A DNA stretch of 64,000 bases from Candidatus Versatilivorator sp. GTDB lineage: Bacteria; Acidobacteriota; Terriglobia; Versatilivoradales; Versatilivoraceae. The position numbers were made by a program, and so were the translations under genes. This document shows positions 37,966 through 47,191 of the stretch, one piece after another (the stretch's first letter is position 1; each line of letters opens with the position of its first letter). The notes below the pieces were generated by a model, which ran no database searches, was not told where the DNA came from, and saw only the letters and a program-made list of their open reading frames with translations. The stretch spans positions 4,000,001 through 4,064,000 of the forward strand of contig OZ242296.1 of the NCBI GenBank assembly GCA_965207735.1, read 5' to 3'.

Positions 37966-39579
37966 ATGAATACTGGACGAGGATCCATAGAACCGGCCAA
38001 TTCGGTCCGGATGAAACTTGCGGCTTGCCTGGCCTTGGTCCTGGTCGCGGCCGGGTGCGGCGGGTCCGCGCCCGCCGGGTTGGAAGTCACGTTCTCCCAA
38101 CGCGTGCATCCGGTGCTGATCCGAAACGAGCACAATCCCCTGATGCGGCTGACGGTTGAATCCAAAGATCCGGGACTCAGCGTCCGATCCTTCACATTCA
38201 GGCTGAGTGGCACCGACGATCCCAGCGACATCGAGTCGCTCGAGTTGTTCTATTCGGGCGGCGGGGAGGATCTACAGATCGGGAACCCCTTCGGCGATCC
38301 CGCTGGCCCCGCCCCTGAACTGGCCTTCCAGGGCGACCGGGAACTCCCGCCGGGGAAACACGTCTTCCGGCTCTCCGTCCGGCTGAAGCCCGACGCCGAT
38401 CTGGGGCACCGGGTGGATGCGGTCTGCACCGCGGTGGAGACCTCGGCGGGGACTGTGAAACCCAAGGACACGACCCCCCAGGTCAGCAAACGCATCGGGG
38501 TGGCTCTGCGCAAACACATGGAAGAAGGGGTGCATACCTACCGCATCCCCGCTCTGGCCACCACTCCCAAGGGCACCCTGCTGTGCGTTTACGACATGCG
38601 GAGACGAAAGTCGCGCGATCTGCAGGAAGACATCGACGTCGGGCTGAGCCGCAGCACCGACGGCGGTCGGACCTGGGGGACCCAGCGGGTGATCATGGAC
38701 ATGGGGGAATGGGGTGGCCGGCCCCAGGAGGAAAACGGCATCGGCGACCCGGGCATCCTGGTCGATCCCAAGACCGGAGAGATCTTCGTCTTCGCCGTGT
38801 GGATGTGGGGAAAGCCCGGCAAGCACCAGTGGGTGGAGGACGGCTCCGAGCCCGGATACGACATCGCCAGGAGCGCCCAGTTCATGATGGCCCGCTCCAG
38901 GGACGACGGCTTGAGCTGGACCGAGCCCAAAAACCTCACCCGCACGCTGAAACAGCCGGAATGGTGGCTCTTCGCCCCGGCGCCCAATCAGGGGATCGCT
39001 CTTTCCGACGGCACCCTGGTCATGCCCACCCAGGGGCGCGACCGGACGGGATACCCCTTCGCCAACATCACCTACAGCCGCGATCACGGCGCCACCTGGA
39101 CCGTGAGCAACCACGCCTTCAGCGGCGGCAACGAGAGCCAGGCGGTCCAGCTCGGCGACGGGTCCATCATGCTGAACATGCGCAACGACAAGAAAGACCC
39201 CTACCGGGCCGTCTACGTGACCCGGGACCTGGGCCGGACCTGGGAACCGCATCCCACCGACCGCAAGGCGCTGGTGGAACCCAACTGCAACGGAAGCCTG
39301 TACCGGTTCGACTACCGCGATGAGGGAGAGACGAAGATACTGCTGCTGTTTGCCAATCCCAACTCGAAAGAGGGACGGCACCACCACACCCTGAAGCTCA
39401 GCTTCGACCAGGGCATGACCTGGCCGGAGGAGTACCAGATCCTGCTGGATGAAGGCCGCGGGCGGGGCTACCCCAGCATCAGCCGGGTGGACGACCGGCA
39501 CATTGGAATCGTGTACGAGGGAAGCCAGGCCGACCTGATCTTCGAGAAGCTGTCTCTGGAGGAGCTGCTGAAGCGGTAA
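37966..39579 (+). CDS. Exo-alpha-sialidase (GH33), lipoprotein with N-terminal domain
   Basis: YRIP motif; Asp boxes SRSTDGGRTW, SRDDGLSW, SRDHGATW, TRDLGRTW, SFDQGMTW; lipobox VAAGC; GY.SI..., IVYE. Confidence 0.9.
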   Translation: MNTGRGSIEPANSVRMKLAACLALVLVAAGCGGSAPAGLEVTFSQRVHPVLIRNEHNPLMRLTVESKDPGLSVRSFTFRLSGTDDPSDIESLELFYSGGGEDLQIGNPFGDPAGPAPELAFQGDRELPPGKHVFRLSVRLKPDADLGHRVDAVCTAVETSAGTVKPKDTTPQVSKRIGVALRKHMEEGVHTYRIPALATTPKGTLLCVYDMRRRKSRDLQEDIDVGLSRSTDGGRTWGTQRVIMDMGEWGGRPQEENGIGDPGILVDPKTGEIFVFAVWMWGKPGKHQWVEDGSEPGYDIARSAQFMMARSRDDGLSWTEPKNLTRTLKQPEWWLFAPAPNQGIALSDGTLVMPTQGRDRTGYPFANITYSRDHGATWTVSNHAFSGGNESQAVQLGDGSIMLNMRNDKKDPYRAVYVTRDLGRTWEPHPTDRKALVEPNCNGSLYRFDYRDEGETKILLLFANPNSKEGRHHHTLKLSFDQGMTWPEEYQILLDEGRGRGYPSISRVDDRHIGIVYEGSQADLIFEKLSLEELLKR

Positions 39580-39634
39580 TCGGGAGGTAAACGCACCCGC
39601 GACTCTGATGCCGGGTAAGGTAAGTCCAGCCGTC

Positions 39635-40492
39635 TCAAGGCGAGGCGGCGACCACCCGGTTCTTCAGGACCCCGACTCCCTCGATCTCCACCGTGACCAC
39701 GTCCCCCGGCTGCATTCCCTTGGTGGTTCCTGGGGTACCGGTGAAGATGAGGTCCCCGGGCTCCAGGGTCACATACCTGCTGATGAAGCTGACGGTTTCG
39801 GATATCCCGTGAATCATGTCGGAGATGTGGGCCTGCTGGCGCACTTCCCCGTTCAGCTTGAGCACCATCTTCAGTTTGCTGTAGTCCACGCCCGAGAGAA
39901 TATAGGGGCCCGTCGGACTGAAGGTGTCGGCGGCCTTGGCCCGCCACCACTGCACGTCCCCCCTCTGCCAGGTCCGGGCGCTGATGTCGTTGCCGCAGGT
40001 AATTCCCAGAACATGGTCGAGAGCCGCCTCCTTGGAGACGTTCCTTGCCTGCTTGCCGATGACGACCACCACCTCGGCTTCGTAGTGAACCGGATCGGTG
40101 TCGGCGGGCTGGACGATCTCTCCGCCGTGGGCCAGCAGGGATGAAGGCAACTTGATGAAAGGCTGCGGATGGGGGCTCGGCTCGGCATCCTCATCGAGGT
40201 GGGACTTGTAGTTGCCCGCCAGCGCCAGCACCTTGGAGGGGGTTTTGCTGGGGACCAGAACCGTCACGTCGGCCAGAGCATGAGTGGTTTCGGTCTTGTC
40301 CCAGGTTCCGAAAAGGTCGCCCTTGAGCTCTCGCACCCGGTCTCCCTCCAGGATGCCGTAGGCTTCGCGATCACCCAGGCTGAAGCGAAGATATCGAGTC
40401 CCTCCGTCCTGTCGAGCTCCGGCCTGGCATGACTGCGCAAGTCCCACCCCGGCCAGCAACAGCAATACCGTCATCCGCTGCAAAATCATCAC
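39635..40492 (-). CDS. Fumarylacetoacetate hydrolase family protein with apparent signal peptide
   Basis: ALAGNY..H, P..FIK, HYEAE, GNDISAR.WQ, AKAADTF, LEPGDLIFTGTPG. Confidence 0.88.
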   Translation of the reverse strand: MMILQRMTVLLLLAGVGLAQSCQAGARQDGGTRYLRFSLGDREAYGILEGDRVRELKGDLFGTWDKTETTHALADVTVLVPSKTPSKVLALAGNYKSHLDEDAEPSPHPQPFIKLPSSLLAHGGEIVQPADTDPVHYEAEVVVVIGKQARNVSKEAALDHVLGITCGNDISARTWQRGDVQWWRAKAADTFSPTGPYILSGVDYSKLKMVLKLNGEVRQQAHISDMIHGISETVSFISRYVTLEPGDLIFTGTPGTTKGMQPGDVVTVEIEGVGVLKNRVVAASP

Positions 40493-40577
40493 AACCCCCG
40501 TTAATTCAAAGTTTTCGTGAAAAGGGCGCCAGCATATCCCGGCCCTTACGGAACTGTCAACGTGGGCGGGAGGCAGA

Positions 40578-41375
40578 CTAGCCGGAGGGCTTCAAGGCGC
40601 GGTTGCTGCCCGTGGAGCTCTCGCCGCCGTCGGCGAAGAGGCAGGCGCCGGTGACGAAGGAGGACTCGTCGGAAGCCAGAAACAGGGCGCAGGCGGCGAT
40701 CTCCGCCGGCTCGGCGGGCCGCTTGAGCATGGTGGGCCGCCCGAATTCTTCCCTGAACTCCTCCAGGGTCTTGCCGGCATCGGCGGCGCGGCGCCGATGA
40801 AAAGGGGTCATGGTAGGCCCTGGACACAGGGCATTGACCCGGATGCCGTCCTCGGCATGGTCCCGGGCCATGGCGCGGGTCAGGCCGGTGACCGCCGCCT
40901 TGGTAGTATCGTACTGAACCGAGTGGTAGCTGGCGATGAAGGCGCTATTGGAGGCGATGTTGACTATGCTGCCCTTGCCGGAATGACGCAGCACCGGGAC
41001 CGCGGCTTGGGCGCAGAAGGCATACCCCTTGACGTTGACGCCCCAAATGGTGTCCCAGCTTTCCTCGCTGGCATCTTCCACGGTGTGGTAGAGACGGATG
41101 GCGGCGTTGTTAACCAGAATGTCCAGCCGCCCGAAGCGCTCGACGGTACGCCGAATGAAGCCTTCGGCCTCGGCCTGGCGGTCCAGCCGGGCTTCCACGA
41201 AGAAGGCCTCGCCTCCCCCCGCCCGTATTTGCTCAGCCACCTCGCGTCCGCGGGCTCGGTCCCGGTCGGCAAAGGCCACTCGCGCCCCCTCGGCCACAAA
41301 CAGCCGCACCGTGGCTTCGCCAATGCCCGAGGCGCCTCCGGTGACCGCCGCCACCTTGCCGTCCAGTCTTCCCAT
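40578..41375 (-). CDS. SDR family oxidoreductase
   Basis: TGGASGIG, NNAA, YDTTK, IRVNALCPG. Confidence 0.9.
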   Translation of the reverse strand: MGRLDGKVAAVTGGASGIGEATVRLFVAEGARVAFADRDRARGREVAEQIRAGGGEAFFVEARLDRQAEAEGFIRRTVERFGRLDILVNNAAIRLYHTVEDASEESWDTIWGVNVKGYAFCAQAAVPVLRHSGKGSIVNIASNSAFIASYHSVQYDTTKAAVTGLTRAMARDHAEDGIRVNALCPGPTMTPFHRRRAADAGKTLEEFREEFGRPTMLKRPAEPAEIAACALFLASDESSFVTGACLFADGGESSTGSNRALKPSG

Positions 41376-41431
41376 CGGTCCCGTCCTTGGAATGCATCGG
41401 TGGACCCGGTCCGGAATGCCCGCCCGGCGGA

Positions 41432-41800
41432 TTAGCGCGACGCTTCTGCGGTGGGGAAATCCGCCGGCATGCAGATCTCGATCACCTCGAAGTCGTGGGA
41501 GAACTCCAGCACCTCGTGCTTGATTTTGGGAGGCTGGTACCAACTGTCGCCAGCCTCGAACCGGACCTCGCCGATATCCTCGAACTCGACCCGGGTCCAA
41601 CCGCGCAGGACGTAGTTCATCTGGAACTCGAGGTCGTGGGTGTGACGCCCGCCGGGTCCGCTGCAGGATTCCGTGGCCCGGATGCAGTGGGCAAGGACCT
41701 TGCCCTTGGTGGCCGCAACGATGCCGAGATCCCGATACTCAAAGTAGGAGCGGAGACCGGTCTTCCATTCCGCCGACTTGTGAAACGCCATGGTGGTCAT
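41432..41800 (-). CDS. Cupin domain protein
   Basis: HTHDLEFQMNYVLRG...AGDSWYQPP.IKH. Confidence 0.85.
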   Translation of the reverse strand: MTTMAFHKSAEWKTGLRSYFEYRDLGIVAATKGKVLAHCIRATESCSGPGGRHTHDLEFQMNYVLRGWTRVEFEDIGEVRFEAGDSWYQPPKIKHEVLEFSHDFEVIEICMPADFPTAEASR

Positions 41801-41996
41801 GCTGACTGATCCTCCCTGGATTGGACGAGATTGATTAAGGATAGGCAGGCATTCTAATCCGAACCCGACTCCCCGCCCCATCAAATTTCTTGAAAGGGTG
41901 GTTGGGAAAAGGAAAGGGAGGAGGTCAGACAAGCGCGCCGCCTGCCTTTCCGTGCGGATCATTCGAGGCAACACGTTTGCTGTCTGACGGTCAATG

Positions 41997-42118
41997 GCCA
42001 CAAGAGGCACAAAAAACACAAAAAAATCATCCGGTCGGCAAGACTCGAAATCAAGATACTCGTTTTGTGCCTTTTGTGCTTTTTGTGGTTTCTGTTGCCT
42101 CGTGTGCTTTTTGTGGTG
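41997..42118. repeat. REP-like intergenic inverted repeat built of (G/A)CACAAAA units
   Basis: GCCACAAGAGGCACAAAAAACACAAAA ... TTTTGTGCCTTTTGTGCTTTTTGTGG plus a further partial arm. Confidence 0.65.
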
Positions 42119-42137
42119 AATGCCGGAGCCTGCAGCA

Positions 42138-42191
42138 CATCACCATTGCCGCCTCAGTGTCATTCCCGATTGCGAATTTTGCAAAAGGCTC
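42138..42191 (+). mobile_element. Orphan, diverged right end of the same IS family
   Basis: ...TGTCATTCCCGATTGCGAATTTTGCAAAAGGCTC matches the IS right end at 37790-37843 with substitutions. Confidence 0.75.
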
Positions 42192-42384
42192 ACTTTTGCC
42201 CTTCGTCCCCTTGTGAGGATTTCTTTTCTCGGACCCTTGCGGTAACGTCTCAATTGTTTCAGGCGACAGAATTGTTCGGGGTTGACGCATCTTGACTCCC
42301 CGGCGAGGTCATGAAATCCTTGCCACCTTCCAAGGCAATCGACCCGGGCGCAGGTTGCCCTGTCACCGCCCTGAGGTGAAACCC

Positions 42385-43185
42385 ATGATGGAACGCAGGC
42401 AGTTCGTGGCGCTGCTGGCCGCGGCGCCCGTGCTCGGCAAGATTCCCATGCGCGAGGCCGGCCGCGTGGAGACCGTCTTCAAGAGCCCCGGCCCCTACCC
42501 CAACGGCCTGCAGGCGACCGACGAGGGCTTGTGGATCATCGATGGGGAAGACGCCCGCGCCCACCTCGTCAGCTACAGCGACGGAACGGTGCTGCGGGGT
42601 TTCGATACCGGGGCCGTCCACCCCAGCGGGATCACTTTCGACGGAGAGGCGATCTGGGTGGCGTCGACCTACAGCCGGGAGATCATCCGCGCCGACGCCT
42701 CCAGCGGCAAGACCCTTGCGAAGCACTTCACACCCGGCGCCGGCGTGATCTACAGAATGCCCTCGGATCCCCCCGGTCGCCGAAGCCCGCTGGCCCCCGC
42801 CCCGCCGCCTGCGAGCGCAACGCCCGCCCCCGCCAAGCCCCGCCCGGCGACCGGCGCGCATGGCCTGGAGTGGCGAGAGGGCAAGCTATGGGCGGCGGTG
42901 CCACCCTCCCGAATGATCTACCGCATCGATCCCCGGAACTGGATGGTCGAGCAGCGCTTCCCCTCGGCGGGCAACCGCCCCCACGGCATCGGCTGGGAAG
43001 GCGACGACCTGTGGTGCACCGACACCAACCGTAACGCCTTCTTCAAACACAATCCCCAATCCGGGGAGATCGTCGAGAAGATCCAGCTCGCCGACGATGA
43101 CCCCCTGCCCCACGGAATGACCATCCGGGACGGCGTCCTGTGGTACTGCGACGACGTCGGCATCGTTTGCCGGCTGAAGCTCTGA
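42385..43185 (+). CDS. Tat-exported beta-propeller protein (Vgb/glutaminyl cyclase-like repeats)
   Basis: ERRQFV signal; repeats PNGL...LW, PSGITFDG.AIW, AHGLEW, PHGIGW, PHGMT. Confidence 0.65.
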   Translation: MMERRQFVALLAAAPVLGKIPMREAGRVETVFKSPGPYPNGLQATDEGLWIIDGEDARAHLVSYSDGTVLRGFDTGAVHPSGITFDGEAIWVASTYSREIIRADASSGKTLAKHFTPGAGVIYRMPSDPPGRRSPLAPAPPPASATPAPAKPRPATGAHGLEWREGKLWAAVPPSRMIYRIDPRNWMVEQRFPSAGNRPHGIGWEGDDLWCTDTNRNAFFKHNPQSGEIVEKIQLADDDPLPHGMTIRDGVLWYCDDVGIVCRLKL

Positions 43186-43301
43186 GCCGCGTCAAGTAGC
43201 GAGACCAGATTCTGATTCGGACCCCGGCAAACGTCCGAAAACGCTTGGTGTTCCAGCCAGACAGACTTTAAGGAAAGGTTCAGCCCAAGACCCGGGAGCC
43301 C

Positions 43302-44132
43302 CTACGGCTTCCGTCCGATCGCTTCTCCCCAGGCGATGGCAGAGACGGCGCCCGGGGAATCCCTCCATTGGTCCAGCAAGCGGCGCCAGTTGTCGAACTT
43401 CTCCTGAGTTGCCAGTCCGTATTTGATGGCAGCCTCGACGGTTTTGGGGGCAAAGAACCAACTGACGGAAAAGGCGTGGTAGAAGGCAACGTCCTCGGGC
43501 GTGCCGAAGTATTCGAACGAGGCGCTTCCATGGATCACCGAGAACCCGGCCTCAAGAAATCTCCTCGGCAGTTCCTTGCCCATCTCCGGATGGGACCCGT
43601 TGGCCTCAAGCAGCTTGGAGAAGGTCACCCAGGCATCGGCAAGAGCTTCGAATGCGGGTTCGGAAAAGGACGAGGAACCGATCATTTCGCGCGCCGAGAT
43701 GAGGCCTCCCGGCTTCAACACCCGTTTCACCTCGGCCAGGACGGCATCGGTGTCGGGAACGTGCATGAGGAGCGCGTGACAGTGGGCGACATCGAACGAA
43801 CTGTCTTCATAGGGAAGACGAGTCACGTCGCCCGTCCGGAAGACCGCGTTGTGGTGTCCGCCGGCTGTAGCGGCAGCCCTGGCGATCTCGATCTGGGACT
43901 CTTCCATGTCGATGCCGTGCACCTCTCCGGGATCTACTGCCTTCGCCAACCCCAACGAGATGGTTCCCGGACCGCAACCCATATCGAGGACACGCATTCC
44001 GGGCTTGAGATGGGCCAACAGATGCCCGGCGTTGGTCTCAGCATTGCGGCGGTCGAGTAGTTGCAAGAACTCGTCGCTGTAACCCATGGTGTAAGAAGCC
44101 GTGGGTGAATCCGGGTTCTGGCTACTGTTCAT
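43302..44132 (-). CDS. Class I SAM-dependent methyltransferase
   Basis: VLDMGCGPG, LPYEDSSFDVA, VLKPGG. Confidence 0.9.
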   Translation of the reverse strand: MNSSQNPDSPTASYTMGYSDEFLQLLDRRNAETNAGHLLAHLKPGMRVLDMGCGPGTISLGLAKAVDPGEVHGIDMEESQIEIARAAATAGGHHNAVFRTGDVTRLPYEDSSFDVAHCHALLMHVPDTDAVLAEVKRVLKPGGLISAREMIGSSSFSEPAFEALADAWVTFSKLLEANGSHPEMGKELPRRFLEAGFSVIHGSASFEYFGTPEDVAFYHAFSVSWFFAPKTVEAAIKYGLATQEKFDNWRRLLDQWRDSPGAVSAIAWGEAIGRKP

Positions 44133-44225
44133 TGTCTATTCCCTCCTGATCCATTGGAGCAATCGCTTCTGCGGTAGGAACTAACCGATTGCGGGAAAAA
44201 GAAACTCAGGCCGGGAGGCTGCTCC

Positions 44226-45440
44226 CTACTCCACTATTCCCGACAGGCGGGCGAGCTGCAGGACCGAGAGCGCGGCGATCACCAGCACCACCAGCACCCC
44301 GAGCGCGTTGGCCAGGCGGGTGTTGCGGAAGCGGCCCATGATCTCGGTCCGGTTCGCAATGACCAGCAGCAACACCAGCACCACCGGCAGGAACAGCGCG
44401 TTGGCCGCCTGGGCCAAGACAATCACCCTATAGGGCGAGCCGTCGAACAGTGCGCCGAACAGCACGCCGGTTACCAGCACGAATCCGCCCAGCAGACGCA
44501 GGCGGGCGCTCCGCAGGTCGGGAGTCCAGCCGAAGGCCCCGGAGACGGCGTAGGCGGCCGCCAGCGGGGCGGTGATGGCCGAGGTCAGGCCCGCGGCAAA
44601 CAGGCCCCCGGCGAACAGCACCGGGGCTGCCGGACCGAGGAGCGGCTCCAGCCGCTGGCCGACGGTGGCGGCGCTTACCTCTACCCCCAGCCCGTGCAGA
44701 GGTATGGCGGTGACCAGCACCGAGGCGGTGACCAGTCCCCCGAGTGCTACCGAGCAGACGGTATCGAGCCGAGCCTCCTTCACATTCGCCTCCTTGCGCT
44801 CCGCGTCGGGCCACTGCTCCAGGGCGGTGCTCGCGTGCAGAAAGAGGTTGTAGGAGACAACCGTGGTGCCGATGAGCGCCAGGACGATAAGCAGCGAGCC
44901 CGGCGGCACGGACGGCACCAGTGCGCCGGCCGCCAGCTCTCCCAGACTCGGCGCGGTCATCGCGGCGACGATGCAGAAAGTGACGCCCATCACCACCACC
45001 AGCGCCACCAGCACGTTCTGAATCATGCGGTACCTGCCGGTCAGCAGCAGGCCGCCGGCGAGAGCGCCCAGCAAGAGAATTGCCAAGCCCGGGTCCAGCC
45101 CGGTAAGCGCGTTGAAGCCCAGCGAGGCCCCCAGCAGGTTACCGGCCTGAAAGGCGGCGTTGCCCAGCAGGATAGTCACCGCGATCAGCACGACTACCAC
45201 GCCTTTGAGCACCGGCGACCCAATGCTGGCGCGCATGGACTCAGCCAGGCCCCGGCCGCCGGCGATGCCCACCCGGGCCGCCATGTCCTGCAAAACGATG
45301 GTGGCCGCCACGGAAAAAACGATAGTCCAGAGCAGAGCGGCGCCGTAACCGGCCCCGGCGGTGCTGGCCGTCACGATAGTGCCCGGGCCGATGAATGCAG
45401 CCGATACCAGCAGACCCGGTCCGAGTCGAAATTTGGTCAT
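44226..45440 (-). CDS. Nramp-family divalent cation transporter
   Basis: GPGLLVSAAFIGPGT, GTTVVSYNLFLHA, many TM segments. Confidence 0.85.
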   Translation of the reverse strand: MTKFRLGPGLLVSAAFIGPGTIVTASTAGAGYGAALLWTIVFSVAATIVLQDMAARVGIAGGRGLAESMRASIGSPVLKGVVVVLIAVTILLGNAAFQAGNLLGASLGFNALTGLDPGLAILLLGALAGGLLLTGRYRMIQNVLVALVVVMGVTFCIVAAMTAPSLGELAAGALVPSVPPGSLLIVLALIGTTVVSYNLFLHASTALEQWPDAERKEANVKEARLDTVCSVALGGLVTASVLVTAIPLHGLGVEVSAATVGQRLEPLLGPAAPVLFAGGLFAAGLTSAITAPLAAAYAVSGAFGWTPDLRSARLRLLGGFVLVTGVLFGALFDGSPYRVIVLAQAANALFLPVVLVLLLVIANRTEIMGRFRNTRLANALGVLVVLVIAALSVLQLARLSGIVE

Positions 45441-45576
45441 GGGAGAGATCTTGAGGGGCTGACTGCAAGCCGGTCAGCGGTGGCTGTCAATGATTTGTTT
45501 CCGATTTCCTGCAAGCGCTAGGTTACCACGACTGCAGGTTGGAGGCGCTACCGCGACGTTTGGGAAAGTTTTTAAT

Positions 45577-45611
45577 TTGACAACATTCAAAGTGTGTACT
45601 ATTTAATACAC
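45577..45611 (+). promoter_or_regulatory. Candidate leaderless sigma70 promoter with overlapping palindromic operator
   Basis: TTGACA-17-TATTTA; GTGTACTATTTAATACAC imperfect palindrome; ATG 6 nt after the -10. Confidence 0.5.
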
Positions 45612-45965
45612 ATGACACACTTTGGAAGAAGCATTCGAGCCCGCCGAGAGCACCTCCACCTGGAGGACAAGCGCTTTTCCCTGCGCCAGGTGGCCCTGCG
45701 CATCGGGATCGAGCCGGCCTATCTGAGCAAGATCGAACGGGGCGAGGTCTCACCGCCATCGGAGGCGACCACGGTCAGGCTCGCGCACGAACTGAGTGAG
45801 GACCCGGACGTGCTCCTGGCCTTGGCCGGGAAGGTCTCGGGCGACCTTCAGAACATCATCCGCAAGCGGCCCAAGCTATTCGCGGAATTGATCCGTCAAC
45901 TGAAGGAAGCGCCCGACCACGCACTCCTCCACGTGGTGCGGGAAGTGCGGGACGGCGAATGGTGA
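45612..45965 (+). CDS. XRE-family HTH transcriptional regulator
   Basis: FG..IR..R...SLRQVA.RIGIEPAYLSKIERG...PPS. Confidence 0.88.
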   Translation: MTHFGRSIRARREHLHLEDKRFSLRQVALRIGIEPAYLSKIERGEVSPPSEATTVRLAHELSEDPDVLLALAGKVSGDLQNIIRKRPKLFAELIRQLKEAPDHALLHVVREVRDGEW

Positions 45966-45992
45966 GGACGAACCCACAAGGAGACATCGACG

Positions 45993-47012
45993 ATGATCAC
46001 CCTCAAGAACGACAGCCTGGAGTTCCGCTTCCCCGAGGTGCACCGCGACGCGCGTTGCACGATCGAGTTTCAGCGCACCCTGCGAATTCCCGATGACGAC
46101 AGAGATTATCCTCTACCGCCGGGTCTGGGCCGCTTCCCCTTGCGGCATATCGACGACTTCGCAAGGCGCTTGCCGGAGCGGTGGCGCCGCAGGGGTGGCG
46201 TGATCGCGCCCATGCACCAGGCCGAAGCCATGTGGATCGCATTCGGGGGCCATTCCGAATACCCCTTTGCGGTGAAGATCGCCACCGGAAAGATCTGTGC
46301 GATCAGCGGCGACCCCTGGGTGAATCACCTGAACAAGGACCCGAAGGACTACGTAGTGTTGCCTGAGCAGCCCTGGCTGGACGGCTACTGCGTGGAGAAA
46401 GGAGTAATCCGCCAGTTCGTGGCCATGCCCCTGGGCAAGGGCTACACGGTCGAGGAGCAGTTGACTGGAGCGGCGCAGCACGGCGGCCTTCAGATCATGG
46501 TCTATCCGATGAAGCGCAAGCGTTACAAGCAGTTGATGGCTCGGGCTTCCCGGTGGCCCCGCCTCCCCCACATGCAAGATGCGGTCTGTTGTGTAGCTCA
46601 GGAGCCCATGGGCCTGGCCCCCGGAGGGAGGATGAGGCAGGAAGTCTATGACGACCCCTACGGTCTGGACGCCTGGGACCAGAAGCACTCCAGGCGCTGT
46701 TTCGTCACCATCGCCAATTCCACCCAATGGATGGCGATCACCGGTGAAAGGCCGCCAACAGTGCCACCGTCGGCGTTGGAGTACACCGAAGCGGGTTTTC
46801 CCTGGTTCGAATGGTATGGGGGGGACGTTGCAGCCATCGATGGCGCCGAGAGGCTCAAGAAGCTGGCGAGCGTGGCCCAACTGGGCAAGAGAACGGGCAA
46901 GCAACCGTTGTCGGGAAACGAATCGGTCGAAGTAACCCAGATTGTCGGGCTTTCAGCCGGAGGCGCCACCGTTGACCGGGAGTTTACTTCCGACGAGATC
47001 CTGCGTTCGTAG
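45993..47012 (+). CDS. Conserved protein of unknown function (FQRTLRIPD...LPPGLG.FPL / QPWLDG...RQFVAMPLG family)
   Basis: Good RBS (AAGGAG); in operon with the XRE regulator; motif-rich globular sequence. Confidence 0.8.
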   Translation: MITLKNDSLEFRFPEVHRDARCTIEFQRTLRIPDDDRDYPLPPGLGRFPLRHIDDFARRLPERWRRRGGVIAPMHQAEAMWIAFGGHSEYPFAVKIATGKICAISGDPWVNHLNKDPKDYVVLPEQPWLDGYCVEKGVIRQFVAMPLGKGYTVEEQLTGAAQHGGLQIMVYPMKRKRYKQLMARASRWPRLPHMQDAVCCVAQEPMGLAPGGRMRQEVYDDPYGLDAWDQKHSRRCFVTIANSTQWMAITGERPPTVPPSALEYTEAGFPWFEWYGGDVAAIDGAERLKKLASVAQLGKRTGKQPLSGNESVEVTQIVGLSAGGATVDREFTSDEILRS

Positions 47013-47191
47013 GGTCGCTTTCCTGCTCCGATGGCAATCGCAGCAGTTGCAGAGATGTGCAGTGAGCTCTGCAGAGTCTCAGGGCCCTCTGCACGGAATG
47101 GTCAAGCCATGCTCCGTGAACGAATACAGGACTGGAGGATAAGACCGACCGCAAGAACAGCCCGGACCGTCGGCCGGCTAATCTACGCGAT

